64,000 nt of DNA, taken from assembly GCF_902652985.1 (NCBI RefSeq), contig NC_047024.1, positions 22,382,001-22,446,000 of the forward strand, read 5' to 3'. Position numbers and translations under genes: made by a program. The stretch comes from Pecten maximus (Eukaryota). Numbering within the stretch: the stretch's first letter is position 1; the number at the start of each line of letters is the position of its first letter. Under the pieces are notes generated by a model. The model had not been told where the DNA came from. It did no database searches and saw only the letters and a program-made list of their open reading frames with translations. Below, piece by piece: positions 28,935 to 40,100 of the stretch.

Positions 28935-30593
28935 CTCTTAGTCATGAGCTGAATGAAGTGAAGTAAAAATTCATTAAAGGTTTAGGTAAGGATTTTGTTA
29001 AACTCATAACTTTATGAAATAAGCATGTGCAATAAATTGGACATAACAGACTTTTAATAATAGAATTTATTATTTTGATTTGTAAAAGCTTGATGCCATT
29101 TAACAAATATTATATATATATCAATATTATTATGAAATATGCATTTTTTTCTCTTTCAGAAACACTGGATACCTTGTCTGTAAACTTCAAGAGAGAAAGA
29201 ATGAAAAATTAAAAGATAGCAAATAAATAATGTTAATGTGAAGAACTGTCTTATTTTTTATATTGAAAATTGGCAAAAGCTTCGTGTCAATCGAGTTCTA
29301 AACTGAAACTGAAACAACTGTTCAGTCACTTAACAATCAGATCTAACCAGAATAAATATTCAATGAAATTTCTGTCATGTTACATGAAATGTCTGTCATG
29401 TTACATGATACGTCCGTCAAGTTACATGATTTGTCTGTCAGTGTTACATGACATTTTTTTCAACAATGAATAAAAACAAGATTTCTAATTTTATTATCTT
29501 TTAAAGTGTTTATTCTTAATCAGTAAACCTAGCTCACTCCAAAAAAGCAGAAAAAATAGAAAAATGTTTATTTTGAAAATTTTATATGTCTGTCCCATAG
29601 AATGTGACCAAGAGCAAATAATGAGCCATATTACTGTGTTGAAAAGATTTAAAATATTTGATTATGAATTTGCAGGGTATTGGAGCCATTAACATTTGGA
29701 CGGCATCAGAGGAAATCCTTTGTATCATAAAACTATGAAACTTGCTGTAACATCATTGAGTTTGAAAAATACTGATATTAACATATCTGATCATCATTAC
29801 AATGAAAAATAATTTCATATTTTTTTCTAAACTGCAATAGACAGGGGTTGACTTATTACCAGGCATAGGCTTATTGTCAAATTAGACATGGGTAGCTACC
29901 ACGCATTGGCTTAATTGTCAAATTATTGAAGTACTGGTATACGTATATTCTACAATAACAACAGCACCATGATAAATTGCGTAAATACCAAATAAATAAA
30001 CTGATTTTCAGGCTTGAGATATAAATTTATACACTATAAATATCTGTAAATAAATAAGACAGTGCTAGTCTTATAAACACCTGGCAACACGAAATGGTCA
30101 TTATGGCATATTTTAAAAATCAAAACATCAAAACCAAACATTCCTATATAGTTATAAGGGTACCACACGTAATACTGTAAAGATAACATACTTCATTTGG
30201 CTCACTGAAATTTTAGTGCATTTCCAAATTTTAACAGATTAGCGCAATGATCAATAAATTTGATGAATTGGCACGTCAAAACTATTTTATGCAGAAACAG
30301 TGTATAGAAAGTGCAACTAGCGCAATCATAATTTAGCGGAATGCTTTCAGTGCGAAAAGCACTGAAATAAGATATATACGTTTACAGTAGTTTTGGAAGC
30401 TGTATCATGCATGATCGTGATAATTAACTTTTTTTAAAATCACATTTTGAAGCTATCATGATCAGGGCATATACCTTTTGACATCACTTTGTAAAATTGT
30501 CTGCATTGCACAAAAACCTTTGGCTTTCTCCACATCTAATATTTGAGATGCTATTTTGCATATAAAAACAGCATGTCTGTTGGCTTTGTATAA

Positions 30594-32630
30594 CTATTCT
30601 ATGACATGACAGTTTGCCTGCATCGCGTAACACTGTTTGATTGCCTCCTGGCAGTTGTTGAAATCCTGCCAGGGAAGACACAGGTTCTGCTGCAGGAATT
30701 GTAGGTGTTTGTTCAACACATGAAGGGTGTGTTCTGGTCCCTGATTCCCAGACAGAAACTTCTCTAGGACAGCGCGGAAGACTTTGTCCGAGCATTCCAG
30801 CGTAAGAATGGTCTTGGCAAGCTTCTGTGTGTACTTACAGATGGTACACTTGGCAGTTTTCGTGGTGGTGTTGACTGTTGACAAAGCACCGTTACACTTT
30901 TCACACTTGTAAGTAGGCGTCTCGCTAGGTATGTTGAAATACATCGGCCACACATTCTGACAGGGGAGACAATTACATACAAATTGGTACTGCGACAGCT
31001 TTTTTTGGCGATCAGATTTTGTACTCACTGCATACACTGCGCCATAGTTATCCAAGATTTCTTGACCCTTTGAAATTTTCTTGATGGCTCTCACTACACA
31101 AGTATCCCCGTAGGAATGACGGACGACATCTGGATCACACGAGTGGTTGAATAGACTAAGCATTGCATATATGGCAGAACCAATTTCTTCCCCAAGAGAT
31201 TCAGCAACCATAGTTCTCCTCAATTTTAATTCAGAAACTTCATGAGCGTTGCATGGAAGCATCTGTATGTGACGAAGAATGTGACCTCCTATATACATCA
31301 GGTCCTCCTGTCGTCTTTCTGTCGAAGGAACAAAAGAGGAATTCTCTATGCATTTCACAAGGAAAACAGTGTTAATTGTCCTTTTCAAAAGATCTGTAGT
31401 AGTTCGTTTTTCACAATGATTCACTAAGTTGTAGACAGTGTTGTAGTCATTGGAGTCATAAACCCCATCCTTGTTGAACCCCGATCCAAATGAATCACCA
31501 ACTCCATCAGCTATATTCTTATATTCCTTCAAATACTCAAATCCAGCTTTCAGAACCATTCGAAATGACAGATGTCCCAAACCCAGCTGAGCAGCTTGAA
31601 TATCACCAAGATGTTCGCATTCTACGTAATGATAGGTATCCCAAGATTCCCTTTCACACTGACGTGAACAGTAGCCAACTCCAGCACAATTACGACACGG
31701 GAACGGACAGAATAATTTCTCGCAGCAGTTGTGACAATTTGATACGCTAAATCCTGGCAATGTCACCGACATATAGGCTTTCTCTACAACAAGGACATCA
31801 CCAATGTTTATGTCGTCTGTTGCATATATGCCACGACCGGTTTCCTCACTTTCTTCCATGGTAACGGCAATAGATGCATTGGGAAATTTCTTGCTTCTTT
31901 GTGTTATCACTGGTAGAGCAGAATGACACTTGTTACACTCAGCTTGGGTTTTCATAACTTTTTTATGTTGATCATCTTTCATTTTGTCACAAGCTACAAT
32001 CAACTTGTCCAATTCCTCTGTTATCTTTTTAACTTTATCTTCATCCAAGTCAGATATCTTTATTTGATTTTTCGCTTTCTCAAATGCTTTAATTGCCTCT
32101 TCTCCCCATTTCAACTGCATGTAACACTTTCCTTTCCTGTCGTAAAGTTTGTACTGCAGATTTTCTGGATAACCATTTTCTAAAGCAAGCTCAATGTCTG
32201 CCAGACACAATTCATCCTTTGCCATATGAAACAACACTGCTGATCTATTTGCAAATGCCAAGGCTAAAGTTGGAGTTTTATCAATGTTACCATTATCTTC
32301 ATTAGAATTACTGCTTCGCCAGGGTGAGAAGAGAACACTCTGTGTATACAAATCAAGAGCCTGCTTGTATTTCTTCTTTTGGAAAAAAGCATTTCCCTGG
32401 TTACGAAGACTAACAGCTACTTCGTCACATTTTTCTCTGAAATTTGGATTTGCCTGAATGACATCTTGTGCAATTGGAAGTTTATAAATCAAACTCACTC
32501 GTTCTTCATTAGATGTGCACTTATCAAATTTCTTTCTCAATTCTTCCAAGTTTCCTTCATCTCTTAAGCTGTCAGCAATTTTATCATACCATTCATCTGC
32601 ATTGTTCTTGTTCTGTGAAGTAGATGCCAT
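30594..32630 (-). CDS. SMYD4: SMYD4-like SET and MYND domain lysine methyltransferase (~678 aa, single coding exon)
   Basis: N-terminal TPRs (RNQGNAFF..., FANRSAVL), split SET domain (GRGIYAT; LFNHSCDP; EILDNYG), MYND finger (CHNC..CRNC..YCSRQC..H..EC) and post-SET CNCLPC. ATG at 32630, with a splice acceptor at 32652-32653. Confidence 0.88.
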   Translation of the reverse strand: MASTSQNKNNADEWYDKIADSLRDEGNLEELRKKFDKCTSNEERVSLIYKLPIAQDVIQANPNFREKCDEVAVSLRNQGNAFFQKKKYKQALDLYTQSVLFSPWRSSNSNEDNGNIDKTPTLALAFANRSAVLFHMAKDELCLADIELALENGYPENLQYKLYDRKGKCYMQLKWGEEAIKAFEKAKNQIKISDLDEDKVKKITEELDKLIVACDKMKDDQHKKVMKTQAECNKCHSALPVITQRSKKFPNASIAVTMEESEETGRGIYATDDINIGDVLVVEKAYMSVTLPGFSVSNCHNCCEKLFCPFPCRNCAGVGYCSRQCERESWDTYHYVECEHLGDIQAAQLGLGHLSFRMVLKAGFEYLKEYKNIADGVGDSFGSGFNKDGVYDSNDYNTVYNLVNHCEKRTTTDLLKRTINTVFLVKCIENSSFVPSTERRQEDLMYIGGHILRHIQMLPCNAHEVSELKLRRTMVAESLGEEIGSAIYAMLSLFNHSCDPDVVRHSYGDTCVVRAIKKISKGQEILDNYGAVYAVSTKSDRQKKLSQYQFVCNCLPCQNVWPMYFNIPSETPTYKCEKCNGALSTVNTTTKTAKCTICKYTQKLAKTILTLECSDKVFRAVLEKFLSGNQGPEHTLHVLNKHLQFLQQNLCLPWQDFNNCQEAIKQCYAMQANCHVIE

Positions 32631-32795
32631 TGTAATGGAGAGCTGGTGCACCTAGAAGACAAAAATATGAAACTAGAGTATTGATTTAATTAATCTATAA
32701 ACAATTAAATCTAGTTAGAATACATAATGGGTGACAGGTTTTCTCCTATTTTGTATATTCACGACTATTCTGTATAATATGAGAGGAAAAATGTA

Positions 32796-32867
32796 TGACC
32801 AGACCGGGATTTGAACCCAGGACCTCCGAACACTAGCCAGATGCTCTACCAATTGAGCTACCTGGTC
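32796..32867 (-). other. tRNA-like cloverleaf (AGT at the anticodon position), probably repeat-derived; copy 1 of 2
   Basis: GACCAGG-TAGCTCAATTGGTAGAGC-A-TCTGG CTAGTGT TCGGA-GGTC-CTGGG TTCAAAT CCCGG-TCTGGTC-A followed by TTTTT. All four stems pair, with several G-U wobbles. Confidence 0.6.
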
Positions 32868-33016
32868 GCCAGCGTTCCAACTTTATCCCAGTCCAGTTAC
32901 GCTACATTCCTCCCTCCTTCAACAAAGTCTTCGACCCTGAAGACACACACAAGACCCTTACCAGCTCCGTGGGTATTTTAGTTGGGCGCCATATGTAATA
33001 GGAGAGGAAAAATGCA

Positions 33017-33088
33017 CGGACAGACCTAGGTTCAAACCCAGGACCTCCGCACACTTGGCGGATGCTGTACCAATTGAGCTACCTGGTC
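33017..33088 (-). other. tRNA-like element, degenerate copy 2
   Basis: Lies 221 bp from copy 1 with shared flanks. Anticodon stem is TCCGC/GCGGA, while the T and acceptor stems are damaged. Confidence 0.5.
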
Positions 33089-34927
33089 ACCAGCATTTAC
33101 GACATCCCAGTCCATACAGTCTATACTCTAGACTACATTTGTTTGTGATTGGTCAATGTAGTGGTAAATGCAAAATGCAGATATGAAGTTAAAAACAAAA
33201 CAAAAATTAAGATTGAATGCAAGCTGATCATGAATAAGTGGATGCATATTTTCAAATGACACATTAATAAAATTGTATTCCTGATTCAAATGCAGTCTTA
33301 TTATCACCAAAAATGATTCAAACTTATATAATTTTGTTATCTGTGATGAAACGTTAACACATTAGTTCAATTAATATGTCTCTGATTTTAACCACCAGCA
33401 TTAAAACTATGCCGTTTTTCTTTTTTTTAAAGATATTTCTTGTTATTATTATATTATTATTACAAACCTCTGTGTTCAGAATCTTACAAAATGTAATAGT
33501 GCCTACATAAGGGTCTGTGCCAAAACAGTCATAATAATCATGTGCTAAAATTGTACTGGGACCACGGACCATTTTAACAAACGATCAGTATTCTGCAGTC
33601 TGAGGTTATTCTCAGTTTCAGTTGATCCGGAGCACAGGGGCACATTACAATAATACACGAAATTATTAAAAATGTATGTGGGTCAGTGTTATGTTTATAC
33701 TGACCAACAATGGCACATACATTTTTAATCATTTCATGTATTATTATTGTAACGTGCCCCGTGTCCGGACTCCGGAGTGAGGTATCCAAAATGGACTCAC
33801 TAATTATATAATTACTGCAAATTATTACATGTTACGGCTGATACCACTTCTATCAGAAAACTCGGAGATTAGAATATCAATAAGTATATTTTTGCGATGC
33901 ATTCTCGAGAAGCATCCATTCTCCTAGTCACCCAACACGTGTACATGTGGTCCGACTCATGTATGCCTATATGTCTGCCCAGACAGGGCATAACATGCCG
34001 ATCTACTGATACTGCTGCAGGTCAACATGTCATACTCCGGACTTCTCGACATCTCCATCACTTACTGCCGTATGGCTGTTTTATGTTAATTACGCACAGC
34101 TGCCATGATATAATAAAAGACTTCGGCATAATCACATACCTTTTTAAGTCCAGAACGTTTGCATTTTCGTTATATAATCATTTGATGCTCAATTAGTCCT
34201 ATTAACTGCAGCAGGAAAGTTGTCGATGAAATCCGTGAGCACCAGCAGATGTACAAGCGTTTTGATGACCACGAAAAATGCTAAATTTAGAGTTGGACTG
34301 AAAGATAGACGGAAATGATTCGGCAGCTGAGTGTGAAATGTTCCGGATGAATTTTGAAATCGTCAGGTTTTTTTTAGTTATAAACATTACAGAACTATTT
34401 ATATTTCTAAATGGTAATGACCAACTTCAACAAGTTGAAGATACTGTCATGAAAGAGAGAAGAGATGTAGTCGTTTCCTAGAAGGCCAAAAGAAAGATGT
34501 GTACTGTTACTGTACCGATACTAGCGATAGGTATTACTTAATTTTGGGGGATATATACCGACAGGAGGGCAGTCTCAAAGGATTCAGCTGTTGGACAGGA
34601 GGATATGATATCTGGTAGGATATTGTTCCCCTCAGATATTGTACGTGGAAAAAATGATTGTTTTCTGGCCATGGTTTTGCAGTGTGGTAGTTGAAATGAT
34701 TTGTGATGGGTATGCCTAATTGATATATTCTAAGAAATATATCACGAGTGATATTTATACATGTACTCTGTACAAATTTCAAGAGACGTGCATCTGAGTA
34801 TTTTATTGAACTTTCAATAATTTTCCTTCTGTTTAAATATCTGTCGTCTGAAATCGCATTTACAGTTAGAAGTTAAATCTGGATCTCCTAAATTCACATG
34901 TTAATGCATTATAGATGGATAATTTAT

Positions 34928-35897
34928 AACAAGAGGCCCAGAGGGCCTGTATAGCTCACATGGTTTATTTGAGCAAACATCAAAATAATTGTTCCATTTG
35001 TTAATATCTTATTTGTTGATGTCTAACAATTCTATATTATATGATTATGGGATGGGAATCTCAACTGCTTTAGAGATATAACCTAGAAACGAAGTCAAGA
35101 TTCAACATGGTTGTGTTTAAAGAAACTATCAGTCCCTTGGGGTGGTGAAAGACCCCTGGGCCTATTTTTACATCAGAAATGTGTTCATCTCTTGATGCCC
35201 AGCAATGCTATACACTTTATATGGATATGGGGTGGGGATCTGAATGGTTTCAAAGATGTTACCACTGAAATGTCAATGTCATACATTGCTTAGTTCCAAA
35301 GATAAAGTCATTAAGGGTAATATCAATTATATTGCCAAATGGACTCCTTTTGGCCCTGCCCCTGGGGGGTCAGCCCCACCATTTGTACAATTTTAATCTG
35401 CACATCTTATGGATGCTACCAGTTAAATGTGAGAAATATCTATTGCTTAGTTTCAGAAAAGACATTTATATCAATTAGCCAAATCGACTCCTTTTGGCCC
35501 CACCCCTCAGGTCCCCAGGGGTCAGCCCCACTATTTGTTCAATTTTGTATCTCTACCAAATACAGATGAAGACATATATTAGCTATATCCATTGCTTAGT
35601 TTCAGAGAGGTAGTCGTTTATCAATTTAGCCCCATCATTTGTAGTTTTTAATCCCTACCCAAAAACCATGTTACCAGTCGAATACATGTACAAGCGATAT
35701 CCATTGCTTAGTTCCACAGGAGAATTCATTTATATCAATTAAGCCAAATTGACTCCTTTTTATCCTCCTCAGCCCCACCATTTGTACAATTTGTAATTCC
35801 CACCCCATAATGATGCTACCGTTCAACTCCGATCAGCGGTTATGAAGAAGTCAATTGTTGACGAACGCCACAGTATGGCATAAGCTCACCTGGTCCA
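34928..35897 (-). mobile_element. Older HINE related to the 39153-41793 element
   Basis: AACAAGAGGCCCAGAGGGCCTGTATAGCTCAC at one end, decayed ~145-155-bp units, and GACGAACGCC..ATGGCATAAGCTCACC at the other end. Confidence 0.8.
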
Positions 35898-37173
35898 AAA
35901 ATTGCATGTACTTTGAGCATATATATATGTTTACGGAAAAAAAATCAATATCACTATTCTGAGAAAAAAATGTCAATCGATTCATCATGGTCCCCGACAT
36001 TTATTTTGAACCTTCATGGATTTCCAATAGACTCTTATTTCATTCTGTGCCTGATAAACACACTAGTGAGATTAAGTAAACAACATATTCTTTCATCATT
36101 TGGGAAAAAGTTGTGCTGAGAAATGTTGATGTTCATGCATACCAGGACATTGACCTACATGTCTTTTGAGGAATTTTTATATTCCTCACATTTGTCACCA
36201 CTTCTATCCAGTATGACTGATTATGTGTATTTTAATATTCAGTTTAAAGCTGAAATCAAATAATACAATGCATAAAACAATTAGTAATGTAGTTGTTTAT
36301 GCTAAAGGTGAAAAAAAACTCTTTAAACAAACAATAGTGATGTTTCACAATTTTTTAATTTGTTTTTCTATCAAAACTGAATCTTTGTCAACCATACATA
36401 TGTTCCATTCAGATCCTAACATAGCAACTCTCATACTCAACACACAACTCACAATCAATTATTTGCATTCATACAAAGAATCCTTAACTTAGATGAACAA
36501 GTGTTTCCTTTTCTTTTTTTTTTATAAATCTGCATTTTACATTGCTGGAACAACTTGTTTGAACACTCAAAGCAGGAGTATGTCGTTACTACAATTTCTC
36601 ATATTGTTATCACAATATAGCACTATGTCGTCAGATTTTAAGACATAACATCAATCAATACATGAGCCACTTTTAGGAACATTTCTTATAAACAATATGC
36701 ACTACAGTGTAAATAATGTATAATTCAATATCACAAGATTCCAAAAACTGGGCACGTGACATGATTTCATAAATATTTTGTCACATTTAGGTGACTAAAA
36801 TGATCTTATCTGTTAAGTAGTCTCCCAGATAAAATCACTTGCAGGCTTTACATTGACAGTAGACAGTGTGGTAATTCCAATAACACTAATAGAGTTACTT
36901 GGTCCTATTGAATAATTCTCCGACGGTGGCTGCATTTATTCCAAGCACTTTTGAAATTTTTAAAATTGAAATTGTTCAAACAACCAATTAGTCACTAATA
37001 CAAAGAGCCCAAGACATCTTTTTTCCCTAACAAGCAGAGCAGCCCAAATCCAGATTTTTCCATGTCTACACTTGAAGTCTTGTAAGGCTTAAGTGATGAA
37101 TTATAATGCAGAACTGTCTCTATATCTCCACACCATAAATAGCCAGGCAGATTGCTGTCTAGTCAACATGTTA

Positions 37174-40100
37174 TCAGTCCTCGTAGTCCGGATTCTTTCT
37201 CAGTATTACGAAGCCTTCCATCAGTGGACTCAGCGGTAGGTCTGTTCCAGGTTAAGGAAACAACTTACATGATTTATACATCCCATCGTTCCCCAAAGAT
37301 AATCTAGTGATATCAGTTTTATAATACCACTCAATACCAACTTACAGGATTTATATGTGTACTGTAAATCACTTAGATTTCATGAACTTACATTTCCAGG
37401 CATTTTCACGAATACATGGTTTCGCAATCATTGATCTAGAAATGATTTTGAATTCACAAATGATGAGCTATTAGTGTCACAGACTCTGCAAGACTCCCAT
37501 ATTGGAAACCATAGCTTGGTTGCCATCCGAAGGTGTTATTTTCGTACAAATAATTATGAAGAATTTTAATTCACAATTGACTCTCCTCACATATATTTAT
37601 GTGAAAATAAATCCATTGCGATAAATATAAATAATTTACAGTAACCCTCAAAACTGATAGCCTAATGAAAACATTCAGGATTATATAAGGATTTAGAGCC
37701 CCCCTCAAAACTGATAGTCTGGTGAAAACATATAGGATTTTATAAGGATTTATAGCCCTGGCCACTGATAGCCTGGTGCATAGCCCCCGCCCTCAAAACT
37801 GATTGTCTGGTGAAAACATAGGATTTTATAGAGATTTATAGCGCTGGCCCTCAAAACTGAAAGCCTGGTGAAAACATAGGATTTTATAGGGATTTATAGC
37901 CCCCGGCCCTCAAAACTGATAGCCTACCGGTAGTGAAAACATAGGATTATAAAGGGATTTATAACCCACCCTCAAAACTGATAGCCTGGTGAAAAGATGC
38001 AGGTTCTTGTAGCCTTTTATATGACAAAATCTCTTGACAACATAAAAGTTGTATATATCTTCTCAAAACTGACCTAGTAGAGACAGAATTTTTAATACTG
38101 TAAGCCAAATCTTTTGACAGCATACAGGTTCCATATAGCTCCTCAGTACCACCGACCTACGGTCAGCACCAGGCAACTGGCCAACGTAAGTTTCGAACTC
38201 ATAACCCAGAGTTGGAGGGCTAGAGATAAATTGTCAGGATACCTTAACCATTCAGCGACTGCGGCCCGTTACCAATGTGTTTAATTGCTCACCATACGAA
38301 AAGAGTTTCAAAATTCTATTTGAGTTCTAAGAAACCAAAGGCATACATCTTATTTGAATCCTGACTTCGTAGTTTTATTTCAAATTTCTCTTTAAAACCC
38401 AATAATATAATAGGATTTCATCAAAAGAAAGGATACATTCCTCCGTGGCAAGTTCCGCCCTCTCGCCATAAGCCAACAGTACTGGTGTGGTATGTGTCTG
38501 GAATCCAGTGATGGTTTTTGGCTTACCTGCTTGCCCAACTACATCAACAGCCTGTCGAGGATAAAGAACACAGCTATAACCTACAAACATTACAGTTTTT
38601 CTCCCAAATGATATTGGTTAATAACACGTTCTCCCTAATAATATCGGTTAATAACACTTTCTCGCTTATAATATTGGTTAATAACACTTTCTCCCTAACA
38701 ATATTGGTTAATAACACGTTCTCCCTAACAATATTGGTTAATAACACTTTCTCCCTAATAATATTGGTTAATAACACTTTCTCCCTAATAATATTGGTTA
38801 ATAACACTTTCTCCCTAATAATATTGGTTAATAACACTTTCTCCTTAATAATATAGGTTAATAACACTTTCTCCCTAATAATATTGGTTAATAACACTTT
38901 CTCCCTAACAATACTGGTTAATAACACTTTCTCCCTAATAATATTGGTAAATAACACTTTCTCCCTAATAATATTGGTTAATTACACTTTCTCCCTATTA
39001 ATATTGGTTAATAACACTTTCTCCCTAACAATATTGGTTATTATTATATAATGTGTATTTATCCATATTCTCATTGGCTAAATCGCTAACACGTGACTTT
39101 TGATAAATAGCGATAATAACTGGTTTCCAAAGCAAAACCAGTTAATATCAAAACAAGAGGCCCATGGGGCCTGTATCGCTCACCTGGTTGGATTTGACCA
39201 AATGTCAAAATAATGTTCATGTTCAATTCCTTTTGTTTGTTAACCTCAAACAATGCTATTTATGGTTATAGCGTGGGGATCCCAACTGCTTTAAAGAAAT
39301 AATGAAGTCCAGACTCTCTGAGTTTACAACATGCATTTATAACTTTATGACTAGTAGTGATTTAAAGGAATTACCTCTATTTCCTATATGGGGCCCCGCC
39401 CCTTTTGCCCCTCGGGGGTCAGAGTCACCATTTATGCAAAATCTGTTCCCCTTCCCCCAAGAATGTTTCTTACCAAATTGGGTTCAAATCCATTCATAAC
39501 TTTATGACTAGTAGCGATTTTAAGGAATTACCTCTATTTCCCCATTAGGCCCCGCCCCTTTGGCCCCTTGGGGGTCAGAGTCACCATTTATGCAAAATCT
39601 GTTCCCCTTCCCCAAAGAATGCTTCTGACCAAATTGGGTTCAAATCCATTCATAAATTTATGACAAGTAGCGATTTAAAGGAATTACCTCTATTTCCCAT
39701 ATGGGGCCCCGCCCCTTTGGCCCCTTGGGGGTCAGAGTCACCATTTATGCAAAATCTGCTCCCCTTCCCCAAAAGATGTTTCTTATTAAATTGGGTTCAA
39801 ATCCATTCATAACTTTATGACTAGTAGCGATTTAAAGGAATTACCTCTATTTCCCATATGGGGCCCCGCCTCTTTGGCCCCTCAGGGGTCAGTCACCATT
39901 TATGCAAAATCTGTTCCCCTTCACATAAGAATGTTTCTGACCAATTTGGGTATAAATCCATTCATAACTTTATGACTAGTAGCGATTTGAAGGAATTACC
40001 TTTATTTCCCCATTAGGCCCTGCCCCTTTGGCCCCTTGGGGTCAGAGTCACCATTTATGCAAAATCTGTTCCCCTTTCCCAAAGGATGTTTCTTACTAAA

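Larger units (their letters stand above)
22373..29627 (+). mobile_element. Apparently intact autonomous Sola-superfamily DNA transposon (7255 bp)
   Basis: Perfect 19-bp TIR GCTCATTATTTGCTCTTGG at 22374-22392 and 29608-29626. The 4-bp TSD ATAT lies at 22369-22372 and 29628-29631. The element encloses a DDD transposase gene. Confidence 0.9.

Noticed and set aside
32796-32867. Bona fide tRNA-Thr(AGT) gene
   Set aside because: It has multiple wobble pairs, an atypical anticodon loop and a tandem decayed sibling with shared flanks, so it is reported as tRNA-like only.
34534-34782. PITNHFN peptide reminiscent of Penelope GIY-YIG endonucleases
   Set aside because: It is a single short motif without the rest of the domain.
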